Source: Sedimentisphaera cyanobacteriorum
GTDB taxonomy: Bacteria > Planctomycetota > Phycisphaerae > Sedimentisphaerales > Sedimentisphaeraceae
Length of the DNA: 32,000 bases
NCBI RefSeq assembly: GCF_001997385.1
Contig: NZ_CP019633.1
Coordinates: 2,460,001-2,492,000 of the forward strand
Reading direction: 5' to 3'
The notes under the pieces were generated by a model. It worked only from the letters and a program-made list of their open reading frames with translations. It searched no databases and was not told where the DNA came from. Position numbers and translations under genes: made by a program. The stretch's first letter is position 1. Each line of letters starts with the position of its first letter. Below are positions 30,571-32,000 of the stretch, piece after piece.

Positions 30571-32000
30571 TTATTCGGTTTCGATTTTGGCTTCGAGGAT
30601 TCCTGCGCAGGAGGTCTTTTTCGGGTTTACCACAATCCTCATTGCCTCGCACTCTTTTACCTCTGCTGGATGGACTGTGTTGAATGAATCCTCAATCACG
30701 CTGTAGGAATCTGTCAGGTACGGCTCCATCTTCTCCCAGCTTCCGCTGATTTTTCGCTCGATATGCCAGCTTGCAGGAAGCTGCACGCCGCCGCCGCCGT
30801 TGTAGAAATAAAGCCCAGCAGACGAAACTTTCTGGGTCTCATCGAAGCTGTAGGTGATTGTCTGGGACTTACCCCTTCTCGGCCAGCTCGTCCAGCGCGG
30901 GATGCTTCTGTCGCTTGAAGACTCTGGAATCTTCCCGTCGCTAACAGCTTCCGCTTCATCTCCGCGATACGTATAGCTCGCTTCGATAATGCCCATATTG
31001 CTTATAAAGGCGTTTTCGCTCATTGCGGCCTTCCTTGCTCCCTGCTTGGTCTGGGCGAACCATACAGTCATACTCGTTCTCGGATTGCGGTTGTTCCAAA
31101 CGTTGTAAGGAGTAAGCACCACCTGCCTGATATCAGGGCTATTGTATTTGCGAGCAGGCAAGACGATCTTCTTATTGCCCGCAAGCATTCCGTTTTTAAT
31201 CTCAAGCACCTTCCCGGCAGCGCTGGTTTGGGTCAGATAGAAATTCTGAACCTTGCCTTTGCCGTTATCCGGCTCTTCGGCGCAGTAAACTATCGGGCCG
31301 CGCTCCACGGCCGCCTTGCCGATATTCGCTTCCACCTTATCTATGCAGTCAACGTATCGCACGGGCATATCCATAAACAGCTCCACGCTGTCTCCCCTTT
31401 GCCATTTGCGCTTTATAACTGCATATCCCTTCTGCATTTCCGGCTCAATTACCCTGCCGTTTACTGATATATTCCAGCTTGGCTTGATATTGTCTATGTA
31501 GCTGTAGAGTCCGCCCGGGGCGGGCTTGTTTCTGCACCAGCCCGGGATGCGAACCATAAGCCTGAATTCTCTCTGCTGCTCCGGCGAAACCTCTATCTCC
31601 ACTTCGCCGTTCCATGGGTATTCTGTTTTCTGCTTCAGCTCCACATCCACTGAATCAAGCGATACATTCGCATCGCTCTTGCCAAACAGATTCACATACA
31701 AATCATCGTTTCGCACTGCATATACATACCCGGGGACTGATGCCATAAAGCGGGTTATGTTTGTAGGGCAGCATGCGCAGCCGAACCAAGGCGAACGGGA
31801 GTAGCTGCCCTGCGATTCGAGCGGGTTTGGATAGAAGAATTCGTCGCCGTCAAGCGATACCCCGCTCACTGTACTGTTGTACAGCGTTCGCTCAAGCACG
31901 TCTATATATTTCGAATCTCCGTGCAGGAGGAACATCCTGTGATTGAGCATTACAAACGCCACCTGCGCGCAGGTTTCGCAGTACGCGCTTTCGTTGGGCA
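30571..32000 (-). CDS. GH127 beta-L-arabinofuranosidase-like protein (DUF1680), C-terminal ~475 aa with extra discoidin-like C-terminal domain; N-terminus beyond window
   Basis: The reading frame stays open to base 32000 (...PNESAYCETCAQVAFVMLNH...). The Cys-rich GH127 signatures YCETCA and WFGCACCPTNITRF are present. The last ~130 aa are jelly-roll/discoidin-like (IPRWTSWPRRGKSQTITYSF...AMRIVVNPKKTSCAGILEAKIE). Confidence 0.8.
   Translation of the reverse strand, partial: PNESAYCETCAQVAFVMLNHRMFLLHGDSKYIDVLERTLYNSTVSGVSLDGDEFFYPNPLESQGSYSRSPWFGCACCPTNITRFMASVPGYVYAVRNDDLYVNLFGKSDANVSLDSVDVELKQKTEYPWNGEVEIEVSPEQQREFRLMVRIPGWCRNKPAPGGLYSYIDNIKPSWNISVNGRVIEPEMQKGYAVIKRKWQRGDSVELFMDMPVRYVDCIDKVEANIGKAAVERGPIVYCAEEPDNGKGKVQNFYLTQTSAAGKVLEIKNGMLAGNKKIVLPARKYNSPDIRQVVLTPYNVWNNRNPRTSMTVWFAQTKQGARKAAMSENAFISNMGIIEASYTYRGDEAEAVSDGKIPESSSDRSIPRWTSWPRRGKSQTITYSFDETQKVSSAGLYFYNGGGGVQLPASWHIERKISGSWEKMEPYLTDSYSVIEDSFNTVHPAEVKECEAMRIVVNPKKTSCAGILEAKIETE

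Overview
About 50% G+C Gram-negative chromosomal DNA. The protein motifs fit a PVC-superphylum anaerobe (Phycisphaerae/Planctomycetota, Kiritimatiellota or Lentisphaerota); this is inference only. The motifs are signal peptide + NWW..W..NWGQ..VP leader modules, LamG plus dockerin-like loops, a XylR/AraC hybrid regulator and a clostridial-type Etf. Layout: (1) 1-5.9 kb holds a partial alkaline phosphatase, a XylR-type sugar-sensing AraC regulator and a 1080-aa secreted GH2 with a C-terminal discoidin/CBM32 domain. (2) 5.9-20.5 kb is housekeeping: an LptD/OstA-like outer-membrane protein; a 480-bp repeat-bearing gap; a co-directional run of ACT protein, cupin, glmS and C-N hydrolase; ruvX; an etfB-etfA-long acyl-CoA dehydrogenase operon; an inositol-monophosphatase-family gene; and a tightly coupled glycosyltransferase + LpxH-like metallophosphoesterase pair. 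(3) 20.6-21.2 kb holds convergent tRNA-Gly(UCC) and tRNA-Val(UAC) around an AT-rich spacer. (4) 21.3-32 kb is a same-strand CAZyme island with no SusC/SusD: GH127 (partial), GH10 xylanase, a second GH2 paralog, an 810-aa LamG/CBM protein and a 760-aa clan GH-A hydrolase. The most interesting features are three. The 810-aa and 760-aa proteins share a private N-terminal beta-helix-like module and dockerin-like Ca-loop repeats. A conserved ~42-bp promoter/operator block sits at the same distance upstream of both GH2 paralogs, which lie 23.5 kb apart. Phased TTAGC repeats precede the GT/LpxH-like operon. I found no rRNA, CRISPR array, transposase, integrase or recognisable defence/toxin genes. All calls rest on by-eye motif recognition; no searches were run.
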